64,000 nucleotides of DNA. It comes from Phoronis australis (taxonomy: Eukaryota > Animalia > Phoronida). This document shows, piece after piece, positions 59,119 through 64,000 of the stretch. Each line of letters begins with the position of its first letter. Within the stretch, counting starts at the first letter, position 1. The notes below the pieces were generated by a model. The model was not told where the DNA came from. It did no database searches and saw only the letters and a program-made list of their open reading frames with translations. The stretch lies in NCBI GenBank assembly GCA_002633005.1, contig NMRA01000360.1, positions 189,065 to 253,064 of the forward strand, read 5' to 3'. Both the position numbers and the translations under genes were made by a program.

Positions 59119-62100
59119 TGGCAGTTTGTGACTGTAGGGACATGGTATGGTAAGATAGTAAAATCTCGCCAGTTTCAGGCAAATTGCCATTTTTCTCTTA
59201 TTTCAAAGGCTTTTCACATTGTTGTGATTGGTCCATGATTTTTGAAAATATCGTCTGGTGGTAACCATGGTACAAATCTCAAACATTAAAACATTACTTT
59301 ATTGCTACCCATCTTTAATTGGAAAATCAAAAAATAAACAGGTTCCACTTGTTTGCCACATTGTGTCCTAAATTAGTGAGAATTTAGATTATTTTCAAAT
59401 GAGACCTGTCTTTTTTGAATCAGGCTGTGTACTAAGATCCTCTTCATGGGCGCACCCAGCCTAAAAAAATTGGGGGGGTTCGAATTTTTGAGAATGTGGA
59501 CCTTTCACTAAAAAATGGAGTACACTCTGAGCTAAGAATTGTGCATTCCCCGAATTTTGGTAGTTCCTTCCTTTTTAGTGGACTTTTGTCTGGTATGACT
59601 TTGTTTCTGTGAGGCGGACCTTTTTGCCCACTTCGCCTAATGGGGTGGCTCATTCGAGCCGCGAGACCCCCTGATTGCGGGCATACTCTTCACATATCCA
59701 GTTACAAAGAGTATAATGTTTTGCGAGCATAAGGTGTAAAATGTGTTGCTCTGTACCCATGTTTAGCGAACATATTTGGTGATAGGGGTCCTAGTGCGCG
59801 GTTGTGTGAAACAGTCCCAAATAGGGACTCCACTAAGTTCAATTAGTTTACTGCCCATCTCTGGACTTGTGCAAACACTCAGTAGTTTTTCTTGTGTTGT
59901 TTTAGTGAGTTTCATTACTAAATTGAGTAATTTTTTGACTTTGATACAAATTGAGTGTGAACTCCTGGTTGAATTCTCAGTATTAGTAGGGATCTTTTGA
60001 TGCAGCTTTTCAAATTTAAGTGCCTACTTATTTTCCTTTAACTAAGGGCTCTTTTTTAGTTATGATATTAGAATGATGAAATATATTACATCTTCAACTA
60101 AAGAACGACTGAAAAACACAAAGAATTTAGGGAACTTAGTTGAGTCCCTATTTGCCACTGTTTCGTGCTGCCGGGCATTTGACCCCTTGCCCAGGAAATT
60201 GTTCAAAATGTCACCATTACCATCATTTCATGCAATTATTTAGGCAAGAGGTTTTCCAGATATAAATGCTATTGTTTTTAAATCCTCTTTTAATAGATAG
60301 GCACAATTCACTACTTGCACGAATTCACCATTATACTTGAAAACCAGGTATTGTGTCCAAACTACAATGGTTCTGCATGTTTGGAACAAGCACACTTTCA
60401 GGTTTACATTGTTAAAATTGATGCTAAAACCAGGCATTGTGCCCTAAACAACAATGTACAACAATCATTTTTGCAGTGCGAACGAAGTGTGCAAGTAGTG
60501 AATTCTACCCAAGTCCTGAAATAAATGTGCATCTCAGTTTTGGTTGGTTATGAACATCGCCACCGATCAGACCAGCTTCATGTACAGGCCACCCAAAAAT
60601 AAGGATGACAGCTTCTCCAGACCTTATAAGCCAGGCTCTAAAGTAAAATGCTATATGAAAAGAGGTATAGGTTCCAATCAGCATTCATTTTTTATTGATG
60701 AACGTGCCAATTGTAGACACCAAGTACGTGTTGCCCAGTAACCGCCAGAAGGCAGATACACTTGGGACTGGATATTTACACAACCAATGAGCTATATGTA
60801 ATTTATCTCATTGTTCACGACCATTGACGATAATTTTAAACAATACCTTATTTTCAACACCCAGCTAGGTAGAAACACACGAATAGGTGGAAATCCTTTC
60901 CATAGTCTATCATAATCCATTATTACAACATAAAAGAAAACTGTCATGCAAACAATTGAAAACATACCTTGACAATTTATGGAGATTATAAACTGAGATT
61001 TGAATATCCATTTCGATGAAATGTGGCCGGAGCAGTAGCGGGGTCGTTAACCACCGTGACAACAAATGAAATTAAAAAAGACGAAGCAAAAAACTGGGAA
61101 GGCTGTTTGTCAGTAATGCAGGACAATTGACCTGAGTTTTCAATGGCATTATAATGCAGCTAACGACCCAAGAAGTTATGATACACTGAAGGTCCCTTAA
61201 GGCTTCAGTTCGTGCCGGTTTTCTACGGCTCAGTACTCAATGATCTCAACCTGTCCGCCGGGGGGGATTTTTTGTTCGAGGTGTTGGTAAATCCGAAACA
61301 AATGTTACTTTTTAACGATCGAAGAATAATTTATTGTTTATGGTGATCGAATTCAGCTAGGATAGGATTGACTGCATGGATGATGACGAATTTTGATTAA
61401 AATCCATCATGATGAATGCGCATGATTTTATATTGTTGATTTCTTAACCTAAGCGCTTTAGGGCTCGACGCTAATCCGATCTTGTACTGTTGTCGATAAT
61501 GAGATGTAAATTCAAGTCACAGGCAATGCGTACTTGCGGCGTCGAATCCCCAATTTTGTATTGGTCAACTCAAACTGCGGCTTTCACGAAGTCGCTGATG
61601 GTTTCGACGTTGGTCCGAAAATATACCGAACCCACCACGGTAAGCCGGAAGCATTATAAGACCCGCTATGAGATTACAACGGCCTAATTCCACATTTCTA
61701 ACAGGGCGAAACCCAGCTTTAAAGTGCAAAAACGCCATTCTACCATACAACTTTTCCGGTGCCCAATATTAATGTTTTGTAGTAGGCCTACATGATGATT
61801 ACACCTTAATTACGGAAAACATGATATGACAGTTATGCATTCTTTTCCACACTTAGTCAGTCAAATTTATTTTCAGATTATATGTAAATCAAAATGACGA
61901 CCTTTCAATAAAGTTGCTAGTTCTTGTGTTTACGCTGTCCATAAATTCAAATGAACATGGGAGAGAGACCGCGGCGAATGTTCCCCTTCCCCTCCACCCT
62001 CTCCCTATAAATCCGACACTGGTGATGTCTGACAGTACAGAGTTGTCGCGGAATCTTCACTGCTGCACTGAAATCCTTCAATTCGTGAACTCTTCAAATC

Positions 62101-62199
62101 TGTTCAGTTGCGTAATCGTGTTGATTTGTGTATAGCAACATGTCCGGTTACATCAAAGAAATCGCAAAATGGACTCGCCCAACAAGTGTCGCCATTGCA

Positions 62200-62207
62200 T
62201 GACGTCA
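62200..62207. promoter_or_regulatory. CRE palindrome TGACGTCA in the CpG-rich kinesin promoter region
   Basis: Perfect TGACGTCA about 95 nt upstream of the kinesin ATG; E-box CACGTG at about 62273. Confidence 0.45.
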
Positions 62208-62302
62208 CGTAGCCCTTAGAGAAGTGAAGCGAGCTGGCCTCGTCAAACGGAGAGATGGACTTTTGATATTTTCACGTGTTTGTGTTCGTCTAAAATATAA
62301 AA

Positions 62303-62449
62303 ATGGGGGACGAATCGTAAGTAACCTTCCTCAGTCATCGTCCAGCTGTGTGACTTTGCTATGTGTACCTTTTGTTTAAAAATGACTACGTATTTTCTTT
62401 CATTTTTCAGGGTCAAAGTCGCCGTTCGTGTTCGACCGTTCAATGGCAG
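62303..62449 (+). CDS. Kinesin-3 family motor protein (KIF28/KIF13/KIF1-like), first two coding exons 62303-62316 and 62411-62449; continues beyond the window
   Basis: aaaATGGGGGACGAATC|gtaagt...ttttcag|GGTCAAAGTCGCCGTTCGTGTTCGACCGTTCAATGGCAG|gtaagc gives MGDESVKVAVRVRPFNGR, the N-terminal beta1 motif of kinesin motors. The subfamily cannot be fixed from 18 residues. Confidence 0.88.
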
Positions 62450-64000
62450 GTAAGCATTATATAGGCAGGCTATAGCCGAAAGCGAAGCGTAAATAATGTG
62501 AATTCCCTTTCGGGCAATTTCAGGTATCATTATTTTTTCGAGTAGAGTGAAGAAATCATTGCACTCAAGTATGGCGCTGCATCATAGCAGGTTTTCCACT
62601 CTAAAAAGTTAAGTTCATGGTTTGCCGACTGGAGCCGTGGCTTGGGCCGAGGCCTGTGCTTGGGTGGTCTTGCAACCTCTATTTCCGTGCACCATCAATT
62701 ATGTGTCGCTTCGGCATCTCTTCCTGATTGTTACATGGGAGCCTTTGTTGTGCAACCTGCTGTACATTCGCAGTGAAGCGGAGATTCCTTGGCGTCTTTT
62801 TAAAGAAATATCTTCCCCTCTTCCTGCTAACACGCAATAGGGCACTGCCTGCAGATTATGAGCCAGAATTTAATTTGTCTGATAGCTTATTTGTCCAGAA
62901 TTCAACAACAGCACGATATGAATATTCATTCTGGCTGTTCATAACCAATTAACACTCTGCACACCATGCTGGTAATTTTCAGGGCAAGATATATGTGCCG
63001 CCAAAAGAACATTACACCTCAGAATAATTAAGTAAGCCATAAACTGTTGAAAGTACGGTGCTCATGCTGCTTATCTGGACAGGGCAGTTGTTTTCTGATG
63101 AGATGAATTCAGTAAATCAACCAGGCACGGACGAAAAATGTAAAAGTGCTATAAAAATGTAAAAAATCAAAAAGTACAACACATATTCAAGAGCTGGCAT
63201 TGTGCCCCATGTGACCTCAGTAGTGAAAACATCACACAAAATATTTTTATCTGAAAAAGTCTAAAAGTCTCCAAATTCTTGACTGTCCTCCAGCCTAGCA
63301 CCCAGGGCTTTCAAAAAATGAGCCCCTAAAATTCACCCCGTGGGGAGACCGAAATTAATGTCAAACAAAAATAGTGATCAATCTCCCGTGACACCCCAAA
63401 TGGTGAAACTTGATGCAAATCTATATCAGAAAATTGAAAAAATGCTCCTCCCTGCCTCAGTGGCACAACCTTATACTGTATCCATGACATCAGCTGCCCC
63501 CCTTGCCAGGTCCATGCCCCTATGGCCTTACAATTTTATTTAAAGTGCAAATGTATTCAGTTGTTAAAATTATCCAAAACCTCTCGCCCATCTCAGTGAC
63601 CACGCTGTGATCCTTGTGAAAACATGATAGTCTGCTGTCTTGACAACACAAAACACTGAGTGGTTCCTTAATATTATCTGTCTGTGCTTCTTGCATGTCC
63701 ATAAAACCTTATCTATGACATTAGATAAAGCACATATTAACATCATAAGTGCATGATATTTGCGATCTTCCTAGTAAAACGGTGATAAATGTATTGGAAG
63801 TTGACACTGAAGATTAGTGCCCTGCATGTGTATACCTTGTGACTACCGGTGCCACCTGGTGGAGGTTAATACTCAAAGTACATGTCACATTTTCTAGATG
63901 AAGTGAACATCTGCTTGTTGATGGCCTGGTCAATCTTTCTACATGAAACTTAAGTCTGTTGAGATTGCCACCATTGATTAAAGCATCTCTCTCACATTTA

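Noticed and set aside
61350-61415. Minus-strand C/D snoRNA (ATGATGG...CTGA) with GTCAATCCT complementary to 18S AGGAUUGAC
   Set aside because: The C box is imperfect, the match is only 9 nt, and it is not adjacent to the D box.

Overview
Eukaryotic (metazoan, probably invertebrate) draft genomic sequence, AT-rich, with spliceosomal introns and single-n/long-n assembly joins. Reading GT-AG exons by hand gives four genes, all on the + strand. (1) HIRA histone H3.3 chaperone: 23 coding exons, 2247-28294, with the first exon outside the window and a second copy of exon 2 at 141-203. (2) An unrecognised small gene whose product is almost entirely DP[F/Y/C]GP repeats (32189/36982-37488). (3) NCBP3: 11 coding exons, 40998-58135, about 576 aa. 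(4) The first two micro-exons of a kinesin-3 motor (MGDESVKVAVRVRPFNGR, from 62303). Introns are filled with MITEs, tRNA-derived SINEs, 3' ends of L1/Tx1-like LINEs, minisatellites and HINE/DINE-1-like elements. The most unusual signals are the stand-alone DPF-repeat protein, HINE elements carrying ~143-bp-phased arrays of CTCF-like motifs, a haplotype-like duplication showing filled and empty alleles of a LINE insertion, repeated tandem duplication of splice junctions, and a MITE family sitting just after splice donors. All coordinates were read by eye and no database searches were run.
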